A stretch of 33,680 nt of DNA from a virus (taxonomy: Duplodnaviria; Caudoviricetes): IMG/VR virus record IMGVR_UViG_3300035154_000029, positions 1 to 33,680 of that record, one strand, 5' to 3'. A model generated the notes under the pieces. The model made no database searches, was not told where the DNA came from, and saw only the letters and a program-made list of their open reading frames with translations. A program made the position numbers and the translations under genes. This document shows, in pieces, positions 8,783 to 16,488 of this stretch. Every line of letters begins with the position of its first letter. The first letter of the stretch is position 1.

Positions 8783-9567
8783 CTGTCTCCGAGATGCCGA
8801 AGCGTCGCCGGTGGCGTCGACCCCACCTCACCCCCGTGACGATCGCCGTCCTGGCGTTCATCGCCCTCCTGCTTGCGGCCGCCGCCTTCATCGTGGTGGT
8901 GGTCATCGGCAACGGTGCGCAGACCCAGGCGCAGACCGTGGCCCAGGACACCGCGCCCGCCGTGCTCACGCTCGACACGCTGTGCAAGCGCAACGACCAG
9001 CTGGGCACCGACCTCCGCGCGGCCGGCGCGTGCGGCGAGAAGATCGACAAGGCGAAGTCGGCTGTCGACGGCCAACCATCCCCGGTCGTCGCCGCGCCCG
9101 GCCTCTCCCGCGACGACGTGACGGCGATCGTCACCGGCCAGCTGGCGGGCAAGAGCGTCACCGTGGACCAGGTGCTGGCGCTGGTCACCCAGGTCTACAA
9201 CGCGAACCGGCCGAAGGACGCCCCGCCGCCGACGGGCGATCAGGTGCTGGCCGCCGTCCAGGTGGTGTGCGGCTCCGCGAAGTGCCAGGGCCAGCCGGGC
9301 GTCAAAGGCGCCGACGCTCCACCGGTCACCGATGACCAGCTGTTCGCCCAGGTGGCCCGGTACTGCTCGGGCAGCGACGCGCCGTGCAAGGGCAAGCCAG
9401 GCGACACCGGTCCGCAGGGCGTGAGCATGCTGGAGCAGCACTTCGTCCGCAACGACCAGGGCGAATGTCGCAACCAGGTGACGCTCTCGGACGGGCGGGT
9501 GCTGGACGGCGGGCCCGCTGGCGACGCGGCGTGTCCGCCCGCGCCCGTAGTCACCCCGACGCCGTAG
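8779..9567 (+). CDS. Membrane-anchored protein with short collagen-like G-X-Y segments and paired Cys
   Basis: Basic N-terminus and TM helix; GQPGVKGAD and GKPGDTGPQG; repeated T.DQ(V/L) helices. Confidence 0.75.
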   Translation: MTVSEMPKRRRWRRPHLTPVTIAVLAFIALLLAAAAFIVVVVIGNGAQTQAQTVAQDTAPAVLTLDTLCKRNDQLGTDLRAAGACGEKIDKAKSAVDGQPSPVVAAPGLSRDDVTAIVTGQLAGKSVTVDQVLALVTQVYNANRPKDAPPPTGDQVLAAVQVVCGSAKCQGQPGVKGADAPPVTDDQLFAQVARYCSGSDAPCKGKPGDTGPQGVSMLEQHFVRNDQGECRNQVTLSDGRVLDGGPAGDAACPPAPVVTPTP

Positions 9568-9728
9568 ACTGGCCGCACTCACGGTGAGGGCGCCTGGGCT
9601 GCCCGTCAGACCCGTGGGAGAGGTTCTCCGGTTGCGCCCCAGCGATCGGCCGGAGACTCGACGCCGGGGCATGGTGCCGGAGGAGACCTCCGGACGGCTG
9701 GAACAGCCCATGAAACACCCCGGCACAC

Positions 9729-9762
9729 ACGAAGCCCCCCGAGTAGGCCCGGGGGGCTTCGT
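9729..9762. terminator. Probable bidirectional terminator
   Basis: Perfect 13-bp inverted repeat ACGAAGCCCCCCG/CGGGGGGCTTCGT between convergent genes. Confidence 0.8.
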
Positions 9763-9838
9763 CATGATCACTTATCCGGAAAAGGGATGCGTTGCCGCGC
9801 AATGGGTTACCTGCGGGTAGCGATCCACTGTGGACAGG

Positions 9839-10240
9839 TCAGCGGGTCTTGATCCGGCTCCAGCCGTGAACGGTGTAGAGCGTGTGCATGGCGTACTGCA
9901 CGCGCGTGTACTCGGTGCCGTCCGCCAGGATCAGGGCCTGGAGTTCGTCGGCGCTCAGCGCGCCCAGCTCCGCGAGCATTGTCACCCGAGCGTCGTGGAG
10001 GCCCTTCGCGATCTCGAACGCCTGGACCATGGTGCGAGCGCGGAAGCGGCCCGTGTCGGCCCAGATCGTCCACTCGCGAGCGCTGGTCTCCAGGAACACC
10101 GAGCCCAGGAAGTAGCGGCCCAGGCTGTCCACCTTCAGGTCCGCCGCGTCGATCCCGGCGGCGGCCGCCTTGCGGAGCACACCGGCGTGGGTGACGGGGC
10201 CGGAGGTGATCGGGGCGGGGCGGGTGGCGGTGAAGGTCAC
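9839..10240 (-). CDS. Hypothetical protein (133 aa)
   Basis: GAGGAG RBS; directly downstream of promoter P1. Confidence 0.8.
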   Translation of the reverse strand: MTFTATRPAPITSGPVTHAGVLRKAAAAGIDAADLKVDSLGRYFLGSVFLETSAREWTIWADTGRFRARTMVQAFEIAKGLHDARVTMLAELGALSADELQALILADGTEYTRVQYAMHTLYTVHGWSRIKTR

Positions 10241-10279
10241 GGTGGCTCCTCGGGGTGGTGCGTCCTGCTGACCTGACCG

Positions 10280-10308
10280 AAGTTACCCCCCAAAATGGGG
10301 GGTGTCAA
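10280..10308 (-). promoter_or_regulatory. Promoter/operator P1
   Basis: Minus strand reads TTGACA-CCCCCCATTTTGGGGGG-TAACTT. Confidence 0.85.
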
Positions 10309-10354
10309 ATGGCCTGGCTTCCCGTGTTCGAACGGTTACGCTACGGTTCCCCGC

Positions 10355-10645
10355 GTGGCATACACGTGGGTTCCTTACGTGATCTCGGTCGGCAACGTTG
10401 CCAGTTTTCTCCTGGCCCTTCGCGGGCTCAAGCTGGGCGGGTCGGTCAGCCTGCTCGCCGCCCAGATCCTCTTCCTCGCCTACGCGGCTCTGACCGGCCA
10501 GCCTGGCTTCCTGTTCCAGAACGTGCTCATGATCGGCTCCGCGCTTTACGGGATCCTCGTATGGTGGCGCGGCCGCCCGCATCCCGACCCTGAGCGGGTG
10601 GACGCTGTCGACGAATTCCCGGCGAGCTGGACCGACCACGGATGA
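10355..10645 (+). CDS. Small multi-TM protein, PnuC-like candidate
   Basis: About three TM helices with QILFLAYA..TGQPGF...YG...W pattern; probably leaderless GTG 7 nt after TACGGT. Confidence 0.6.
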   Translation: MAYTWVPYVISVGNVASFLLALRGLKLGGSVSLLAAQILFLAYAALTGQPGFLFQNVLMIGSALYGILVWWRGRPHPDPERVDAVDEFPASWTDHG

Positions 10646-10651
10646 GCATGA

Positions 10652-10686
10652 AGAAGGCCCGAGGTCTCTCCCACCTCGGGCCTTCT
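10652..10686. terminator. Probable bidirectional terminator
   Basis: Perfect 14-bp inverted repeat AGAAGGCCCGAGGT/ACCTCGGGCCTTCT between convergent genes. Confidence 0.8.
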
Positions 10687-10718
10687 GAGTGCCGGACCAC
10701 CGACCGACGCGGCGAAGC

Positions 10719-11009
10719 CTAGCTCTCGTCGCCGACGTTCTTCGAGTCATCCGCAGACTTCGGCGTGGCGGACTTCTTGCGCGTGGCGGGCTTCTCCGAC
10801 TTGGCCGGCTCCTCGGGGTGCGCGGGCGCCGTGGTGAGCAGGGCAAGCCCCTGCTCGAACCGCTGCATGGCGCCCACGACCTCCTGGCTGTTCGGATCGA
10901 ACCACTCTTCCGCGATGTCCGCCGTGGTCTTCAGCTGGGCGACGACGGCGGAGAGGCCGGTGCCCTTCTGCGCTCCCACCGAGTCGAACCGCTTGGCGTG
11001 CTGCCCCAT
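10719..11009 (-). CDS. Hypothetical protein (96 aa, MGQHAKRFD..., charged tail)
   Basis: AAGGAGG RBS 6 nt before the ATG. Confidence 0.75.
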   Translation of the reverse strand: MGQHAKRFDSVGAQKGTGLSAVVAQLKTTADIAEEWFDPNSQEVVGAMQRFEQGLALLTTAPAHPEEPAKSEKPATRKKSATPKSADDSKNVGDES

Positions 11010-11020
11010 GGCATTCCTCC

Positions 11021-11049
11021 TTGTCACCCCCCAGTTTGGGGGGTACGAT
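11021..11049 (+). promoter_or_regulatory. Promoter/operator P2
   Basis: TTGTCA-CCCCCCAGTTTGGGGGG-TACGAT. Confidence 0.85.
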
Positions 11050-11085
11050 CGGGCTGATCACCACCGTACGCGAGCGAGGAGTGAC

Positions 11086-11736
11086 ATGCTTCCGATCATC
11101 ACCGTGGGCCTGAGCGAGGCCGCCCGAGCCGTCATGGATCGTATCCCGGGCGAACGCGGGCAGGCGCACTATGCGACCGCCGAAGAGGCCCTGTGGGACT
11201 TCGGCTCCGTGAACAACCCGACCGTGGCGGACATCAGCCTGGACGCGAACGGGCGGCTGTGGAGCTGCCACGTCTTCTACGGGGACGACGCCCTGGGCCC
11301 ACTGCTGACCGCCACGGCGGAGACCACGGAGCCCACGCGCGTGCCCGCGCAGGGGCTCTGTGCCGTCGTCACCGACACGATCGGCTCCGACCCGACGAAG
11401 GCCCTGCGGATCGTGCGCGGCCAGGTGGAGCGGCGCGTCCCGCCCAACATGATCGGCGTGGAAGCGGTCGCCGTGCTCAGGGCCAGCGTCTTCCTGGTCG
11501 TGGACGGGCTCGCGGACAACCCGAGCTGGCCCGCCGCCGTGGAGAAGATGCTGAACAACGCGGAGCCCGCACCCGACGGCGAGACGCTGGGCTTCGTCCC
11601 GGGCGCGGAGGCGCGTACCGAGCTGGCCAAGGCGGCGGAGCTGCGCTCGCGCGGCATGGCGCGGCCGGGACACTTCGAGCAGGAGAACGCGGTCCTGCGG
11701 AGCGTCCAGGACCAGGCTTTCAAGGGGCTCTCGTGA
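11086..11736 (+). CDS. Hypothetical protein (216 aa)
   Basis: GAGGAG RBS, downstream of P2. Confidence 0.8.
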   Translation: MLPIITVGLSEAARAVMDRIPGERGQAHYATAEEALWDFGSVNNPTVADISLDANGRLWSCHVFYGDDALGPLLTATAETTEPTRVPAQGLCAVVTDTIGSDPTKALRIVRGQVERRVPPNMIGVEAVAVLRASVFLVVDGLADNPSWPAAVEKMLNNAEPAPDGETLGFVPGAEARTELAKAAELRSRGMARPGHFEQENAVLRSVQDQAFKGLS

Positions 11737-12002
11737 ACTGGGGCGCAGTGCTGGAGTACGCCGCCTGGATACTGTCCGGGCTGATCGTGCTCTCCATGAT
11801 CATCAACCTGGTCGCGAACGCGGTCGTCAAGGCCAGGAAGGCGGGCGCCTTCCGCGCAGAGCTGGCCGCGCCCGAGCTGTCGGGTTACGGCGGCACGATC
11901 CACGTGGCGCTGGACTCCGAAGACGAACTGATCAAGTTCCTCCAGCGGTACGCCCAGGACATCATCCGCTGGAGCGAGAGCCCGGATCGGGCGAAGCGGT
12001 GA
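11733..12002 (+). CDS. Membrane protein (89 aa)
   Basis: GTGA overlap; N-terminal TM helix. Confidence 0.7.
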   Translation: MNWGAVLEYAAWILSGLIVLSMIINLVANAVVKARKAGAFRAELAAPELSGYGGTIHVALDSEDELIKFLQRYAQDIIRWSESPDRAKR

Positions 12003-12184
12003 GCGGGCAGACGGCGGCGAGCCAGGAGGCGCTCCGGATCATCCTGGACGACGAAGACCCGGAGCGGATCGTGGCCGCCCTCGCCGGTTTCTCCGATGAC
12101 GATCTTCGCGTCCTGGCCTGCTGCGCCGGTGGCCTCGAAGACGCGTGCTACGGGATCATCACCGACCGCAAGGGCTTGCGATGA
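11999..12184 (+). CDS. Hypothetical protein (61 aa)
   Basis: Coupled overlaps at both ends. Confidence 0.7.
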   Translation: MSGQTAASQEALRIILDDEDPERIVAALAGFSDDDLRVLACCAGGLEDACYGIITDRKGLR

Positions 12185-12660
12185 GCACCTGGCCGGGTTG
12201 GAACATGCACGGCTGGTGGATCGGCCCGGCCGACCAGGAGCCGGAGCGGCGGCCGCCGAAGGCGCGGTGCGGCGGCCCCGGGAACTGCGTGCTGTGCGGG
12301 GACAGGATCAAGTGGCCGATGCCGCACCCGGACGGCCTGCCGATCTCGAAGTGCAACTTCTGCGACGGCGTGATCATCTGGGCGCTGACCATCCCCAACG
12401 CGAACGCCCGCACGGCGGCCAAGCGCCACGAGCAGGAGAAGATCCCGTTCGACGCCGTCCCCGATGAGCACGGCGTCCACGCGCTCACCCCCCAGGCCGG
12501 GAAGCACCCGCTGTGCGGCGCCATGACGAAGGTCAAGGCCATGGCGTTCCGGGCGGCCGGCCAGAAGACGTACATCCGTCACGTGAAGACCTGCCCGAAC
12601 GTCGCGAGCTGGCCGAAGGGCAAGTACATCCTGGCGGCCCGAGAGAAGGGCAAGGCATGA
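12181..12660 (+). CDS. Cys/His-rich putative zinc-binding protein
   Basis: RCGGPGNCVLC, CNFC and HVKTCP motifs; ATGA overlap. Confidence 0.7.
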   Translation: MSTWPGWNMHGWWIGPADQEPERRPPKARCGGPGNCVLCGDRIKWPMPHPDGLPISKCNFCDGVIIWALTIPNANARTAAKRHEQEKIPFDAVPDEHGVHALTPQAGKHPLCGAMTKVKAMAFRAAGQKTYIRHVKTCPNVASWPKGKYILAAREKGKA

Positions 12661-13109
12661 CCGATCAGCTGGACGCGCCGGTCGACGACCGGTGTACCGC
12701 CGCCCACGAACTCGGGCACGCCTTCGCCCTCCGGGCCGTGGGGCTCACGCCGGACCGCCTCACGGTCCGGCGGATCCTGGGCGGCGGCTGGTGCACGGTG
12801 AAGGACGACCTCATCCAGGCGGATCAGCGGTGGGGCTACGCGGTGGGGCTGGCGGCCGGCCGCGCGGGCGAGGAGATCTACCGCGAGGACACCGGCCTGT
12901 CCGGCCCGTGGTCGTGGGGCACCTCGGGCGATGAGCAGATGTTCGCCGACCTGTTCGTCCCGCGCGAGGGTGAGGGTTACCTGACCTCGGGGTCGTGGAG
13001 CCAGGCCGTGGGCGAGGCGCGCTCACTGCTCACCGGTGAGTGGTGGGAGCTGGAGCCGCTGATCCTGCCGCTGGCGCGTAACGGCACGCTCCACGGCATC
13101 CCGGCGTAA
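12657..13109 (+). CDS. HExxH zincin-motif protein (stand-alone peptidase M41-like)
   Basis: TAAHELGHA, LAAGRAGEEI and GTSGD resemble the FtsH M41 HEAGH/GGRAAEE/GASND motifs. Confidence 0.7.
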   Translation: MTDQLDAPVDDRCTAAHELGHAFALRAVGLTPDRLTVRRILGGGWCTVKDDLIQADQRWGYAVGLAAGRAGEEIYREDTGLSGPWSWGTSGDEQMFADLFVPREGEGYLTSGSWSQAVGEARSLLTGEWWELEPLILPLARNGTLHGIPA

Positions 13110-13120
13110 ACTCCGGGCGG

Positions 13121-13187
13121 GCGCCAGGTCCGGGTTCGAATCCCGGGATCCCTTCGGGGTGATGGTCCAATCAGGCAGGGCGGGCGC
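13121..13187 (+). ncRNA. Circularly permuted tRNA-like structure (YrlA-type T-arm/closed acceptor/D-arm order)
   Basis: GCGCC-AGGT-CCGGG TTCGAAT CCCGG-GATCCC TTCG GGGTGA-TG-GTCC AATCAGGCA GGGC-G-GGCGC. Confidence 0.75.
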
Positions 13188-13189
13188 AG

Positions 13190-13226
13190 GCAAGGCCCTC
13201 GGGTGTCCCCATCCCGGGGGCCTTGC
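13190..13226 (+). terminator. Terminator hairpin
   Basis: 14-bp stem GCAAGGCCCTCGGG/CCCGGGGGCCTTGC (one G-U) followed by TCTT. Confidence 0.75.
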
Positions 13227-13240
13227 TCTTGCCCAGGGGA

Positions 13241-13269
13241 TTGACACCCCCCATTTTGGGGGGCATGAT
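13241..13269 (+). promoter_or_regulatory. Promoter/operator P3
   Basis: TTGACA-CCCCCCATTTTGGGGGG-CATGAT, with ATG 6 nt downstream. Confidence 0.85.
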
Positions 13270-13275
13270 GGAGCC

Positions 13276-13578
13276 ATGACCACCACCGAGTACGCCACCG
13301 CCGGCCAGGCCACGCGCGCCGTGAAGGCGCTTATCAACGACTCGGCCGTGTCGGTGAAGACGCGCCAGTGCTTCGACGCCCTTCACTCCGGGCGCGGCTG
13401 GCAGGCGACGATCCACATCGAGCGCGGCGAGCAGCGGAACGCCATCATCGCGGCCCTGCTCACGGCGGGATGGCGGGTCGATCGGCCGCACGAGACCTGG
13501 ACGCGGACCTGGTCGAGCGCACCGCGAAGGCCATCGGCCGGGCGCGGCTGCTCACCGACTACGCGAACGACCCCGTGA
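13276..13578 (+). CDS. Hypothetical protein (C-terminus looks out of frame)
   Basis: Directly after P3; coding-like up to about 13480. Confidence 0.6.
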   Translation: MTTTEYATAGQATRAVKALINDSAVSVKTRQCFDALHSGRGWQATIHIERGEQRNAIIAALLTAGWRVDRPHETWTRTWSSAPRRPSAGRGCSPTTRTTP

Positions 13579-13829
13579 CGATCTCGGAGGACGGGTACGC
13601 CCTGTACTTCCGCCAGGCGCACGCGAGCTACCGCCTGGCGTTGCGACAGCAGGCCATCGCCGTGCTCCGCGCCTCCCACCTGGTGGAGCGGGTGGCGGAG
13701 CTGGAACGGGCGATCGAGCGGGCCAACACGGACCTGGAGGCCTACGGCCACACCGCGTGCGGCGACGCCCTGGCTCGCCACGACGCCAGGCAGCACCTAC
13801 GCAAGGTGCACGACAAGCAGATCGTTTAG
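13470..13829 (+). CDS. Hypothetical helical/coiled-coil protein (start uncertain)
   Basis: GC3-rich frame from about 13490; LVERVAELERAIERAN heptads. Confidence 0.6.
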   Translation: MAGRSAARDLDADLVERTAKAIGRARLLTDYANDPVTISEDGYALYFRQAHASYRLALRQQAIAVLRASHLVERVAELERAIERANTDLEAYGHTACGDALARHDARQHLRKVHDKQIV

Positions 13830-13871
13830 GGGCGCCACCACAGCGCGCCCCGCTACCGAAGGAGGTGCGCT

Positions 13872-14081
13872 GTGGACTGGCGGAAGATGGCCGCGTGCAA
13901 GGGGATGGACCCGGAGCTGTGGTTCCCCCTGGACGACGGCGCCCAGGCTCGCGCGGTGTGCGCGGGCTGCCCGGTCGCTGACCAGTGCCTGGCCTGGGCG
14001 GTGGAGGTCGGTGCGGATGACGGGATCTTCGGTGGCCTGGACGCCGCCGACCGGCGGGCTCTCCGGCTCGCCTCGCGGTAG
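13872..14081 (+). CDS. WhiB-family transcription factor
   Basis: W...AAC...DPELWFP, CAGCPV..QC and GIFGG motifs; AAGGAGG RBS. Confidence 0.95.
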   Translation: MDWRKMAACKGMDPELWFPLDDGAQARAVCAGCPVADQCLAWAVEVGADDGIFGGLDAADRRALRLASR

Positions 14082-14084
14082 TTG

Positions 14085-14115
14085 GTCCCCCGGGTGGTTC
14101 ACCCATCCGGGGGAC
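14085..14115 (+). terminator. Terminator hairpin
   Basis: 13-bp stem GTCCCCCGGGTGG/CCATCCGGGGGAC (one G-U) right after the WhiB stop. Confidence 0.75.
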
Positions 14116-14129
14116 TTCGTGCTGCCCAA

Positions 14130-14158
14130 TTGACACCCCCCATTTTGGGGGGTAGATT
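14130..14158 (+). promoter_or_regulatory. Promoter/operator P4
   Basis: TTGACA-CCCCCCATTTTGGGGGG-TAGATT. Confidence 0.85.
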
Positions 14159-14195
14159 CTCTTCTATCAGCACAACGAACCCCCCGGAGGCCCAC

Positions 14196-14402
14196 ATGTT
14201 CCAGCGCTTCGCAGTCACCTTCACCGCCAGCGACAGCGGCCAGGCCCACACCACCAGCACGGTGGAGCTGAGCGAAGGTGTCGACTCCCGCCAGGAGATC
14301 GCCCAGCAGATCGCCTGCCGCCGCTACGGCCGGGCGAGCATGGCCGATCACGTCGAGATCGACGGCCTGGTGGAGATCGGCGAGCCGACCGCCACCCCGT
14401 AA
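14196..14402 (+). CDS. Hypothetical protein (68 aa)
   Basis: GGAGG RBS downstream of P4. Confidence 0.75.
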   Translation: MFQRFAVTFTASDSGQAHTTSTVELSEGVDSRQEIAQQIACRRYGRASMADHVEIDGLVEIGEPTATP

Positions 14403-14407
14403 CTCGA

Positions 14408-14684
14408 AGCCCCAGCGGGGCGGCCACCCGGTCGCCCCGCCCACCTACTCCCGGAGGTCCAGCATGAAGCACATCACCACGGTCACCGTGACCCATCGCC
14501 AGCTGGGCCGCCAGCGCGTGGCCGACCACAAGTGGACGTGCTCGTGCGGCGAGTTCGGCAAGGCCTCCAACGGCTTCAGCCTGGACCGTGAGGCGCGAGT
14601 GGACGCCCTCACGCACCAGCCGCAAAACCAGTGGCGGCGCGGCTAGAGCCCCACGCGGGGCGGCCACTCCCGGCCGCCCCGCCC
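14408..14684 (+). repeat. Two copies of an intergenic hairpin element (14408-14442, 14647-14684)
   Basis: AGCCCCA(C)-GCGGGGCGGCC-loop-GGYCGCCCCGC-CC, each between a stop codon and the next RBS. Confidence 0.85.
14464..14646 (+). CDS. Small protein with WTCSCG motif (60 aa)
   Basis: GGAGG RBS. Confidence 0.75.
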   Translation: MKHITTVTVTHRQLGRQRVADHKWTCSCGEFGKASNGFSLDREARVDALTHQPQNQWRRG

Positions 14685-14704
14685 GACTATCCCGAGGGAG
14701 CACC

Positions 14705-15115
14705 ATGGGAACCACCATCCAGCCACTGACGGACGAAGAGGTCGATCACCGGATCACCCTCGCGCGGATGTTCCAGGACAGCACGCTGGCCCAGCTGAAG
14801 ACGGCGGCGGAGCTGTACCGCGAGGACCGGGACACCGAAGCGCCGGACTACGACCCGGCGTCGGCCGCCCAGCTGACTGTGGAGCTGGGCCGTCGCGGCG
14901 AGTGGTCGGAGAACGCACTGGCGACCGATCAGCTCCGACGCCAGGCCGAATACGTCGCCAACCAGCCGAACGAGGGGCTGGACTTCCTGCTGATCAACAT
15001 GCCGGGGGCAGGCCTCGCCACGACACACGACGCGGTCCGGGTCCACCTGGCCCGCGCGGAACAGTGGCTCCGCCTGAGTGAGGCGCGCCTGGCCAGTGAG
15101 CAGCTCCCCGCATGA
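14705..15115 (+). CDS. Hypothetical protein (136 aa)
   Basis: GAGGGAG RBS. Confidence 0.75.
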   Translation: MGTTIQPLTDEEVDHRITLARMFQDSTLAQLKTAAELYREDRDTEAPDYDPASAAQLTVELGRRGEWSENALATDQLRRQAEYVANQPNEGLDFLLINMPGAGLATTHDAVRVHLARAEQWLRLSEARLASEQLPA

Positions 15116-15543
15116 GCAAGTCGTTCAAGCGGGTCATGGTGACCGGGTCTCGGGGGTGGGCGAAGTGCCCGCACACCCCCGAGCACCCGCCCCACCTGCC
15201 GTGCGAGGTGGTCATGGAGCATCGCCGGATCATGCTCCAGGCGCTGGTGGACCACGTGGCGCCCCTCGCACGGGACTTCCACGTGGAGCTGATCCACGGC
15301 GACGCGGAGGGCGCGGACAAGCTGGTGGCGGAGTACTGGGGCCTCTACCAGTTCGGCCCGGTCACCGCGTTTCCGTACGTCAAGGAGCTGGGCAGGGGCG
15401 GCGGTCCCGCGCGCAACGGCGTGCTGGTCGCCCACATGCCGGACCTGGTACTGGCGTTCCACCTGGACAACTCCAGCGGCACCGCCGACGCCATCCGGCA
15501 GGCGAAGGCCGCCGGACTCACCGTGGAGGTGTACCCGCGATGA
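15112..15543 (+). CDS. SLOG superfamily (YspA-like/DUF2493) protein
   Basis: VMVTGSR, IHGDAEGAD, GPARN and LVLAF...SSGT motifs. Confidence 0.9.
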   Translation: MSKSFKRVMVTGSRGWAKCPHTPEHPPHLPCEVVMEHRRIMLQALVDHVAPLARDFHVELIHGDAEGADKLVAEYWGLYQFGPVTAFPYVKELGRGGGPARNGVLVAHMPDLVLAFHLDNSSGTADAIRQAKAAGLTVEVYPR

Positions 15544-15731
15544 CGTTCCAGCTGATCGCCTCGCTCGACTGTGACGCGGAGCCGTGCTCCGGCTCCTTCC
15601 GCCTGCTGCCGGGCGAGACCCTGAACGAAGCCCGGAAGCGTGCCCGATCGCGCGGCTGGGGCGTTAACCGTGTTGACCTGAAGAGCCGGAGCATCGTCCG
15701 GGATTTCTGCCCTACCCACAAGGAGAAGTGA
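15540..15731 (+). CDS. Small zinc-binding protein (CD...C / GW / DFCPTH)
   Basis: ATGA overlap and metal-ligand pattern. Confidence 0.75.
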   Translation: MTFQLIASLDCDAEPCSGSFRLLPGETLNEARKRARSRGWGVNRVDLKSRSIVRDFCPTHKEK

Positions 15732-16279
15732 TGTTGGTTCACCGAGCCCTCGCGGCCGCCGTCGTGGCGGTCGGCGCGGGAGCTGTCCTGTTTCTGTCCA
15801 CTGGTCAGGAGTCGGCCAGTTCGCCGACGCCCGGCCTGGGCCCCGTCCCCGTGGCCATCCCGCCCGGCGTCACCGAAGTCCCGAGCGTGCACCCGGCCGT
15901 CCCGGCGGCTGAGCGCCTCTCTCCGCCCTCGCCCGCCGTTGCGGCCCCGTCGGCCCAGCCGACTGCCAAGCGCCCGAGCACGGCGACGACGCCCACCACG
16001 AAGGCCGCTCCGAAGCCCAAGCGCACCGCGACGCCCCGGCCGGCTGCCAGCCAGCCCCCCGCGTACTCGGAGATGGACCTGGGCGGCGGCTGGACGGCGT
16101 ACTGCACGAACGGCTACCAGCAACCCGACGGATCGTGCACCAGCCAGCCGGGCGGCTACCACCCGCCCGCCGCGCCGGCCAACGACCCGTGTTCCGGTAC
16201 GGGCACCGAGTGCCTGAACGCGACGCTGGGCCCGCTCGGGATCTACAACCCGATCCCCGGCCTGATCGGCGGTCGTTGA
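15728..16279 (+). CDS. Secreted or membrane-anchored Pro/Ala/Thr-rich protein
   Basis: AAGGAG RBS, signal-like N-terminus, C-terminal Cys pairs. Confidence 0.7.
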   Translation: MMLVHRALAAAVVAVGAGAVLFLSTGQESASSPTPGLGPVPVAIPPGVTEVPSVHPAVPAAERLSPPSPAVAAPSAQPTAKRPSTATTPTTKAAPKPKRTATPRPAASQPPAYSEMDLGGGWTAYCTNGYQQPDGSCTSQPGGYHPPAAPANDPCSGTGTECLNATLGPLGIYNPIPGLIGGR

Positions 16280-16488
16280 TGCTCGGGTTCAACCCCTCGG
16301 TGACGCCCATGGCGCCCGCAGTGATCGAGTTCGGACCGGACGCCATCCGCGCGATCGCGGCCGCCGACGGGAAGGCGTTGGACGAAGCGCTGGGCCAGCT
16401 GGGCGCCCTGGAGCTGGACGCCCTGATGGAGGCGGCCCAGTTCCTCACGGACTGCTGCCGCATCCAGGCGAGGAACAGGAGCTGGTGA
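16279..16488 (+). CDS. Hypothetical protein (69 aa)
   Basis: TGATG overlap. Confidence 0.65.
   Translation: MLGFNPSVTPMAPAVIEFGPDAIRAIAAADGKALDEALGQLGALELDALMEAAQFLTDCCRIQARNRSW

Noticed and set aside
9584-9820. 78-aa ORF across the intergenic region
   Set aside because: No RBS, poor codon bias, and it runs through a terminator.
10322-10335. CCGTGTTCGAACGG as a second tRNA T-arm
   Set aside because: No 5-bp stem with a 7-nt loop and no D-arm; it overlaps a promoter region.
13121-13187. Canonical tRNA gene or attP tRNA fragment
   Set aside because: The halves are in permuted order, with no anticodon loop, no CCA and no integrase nearby.
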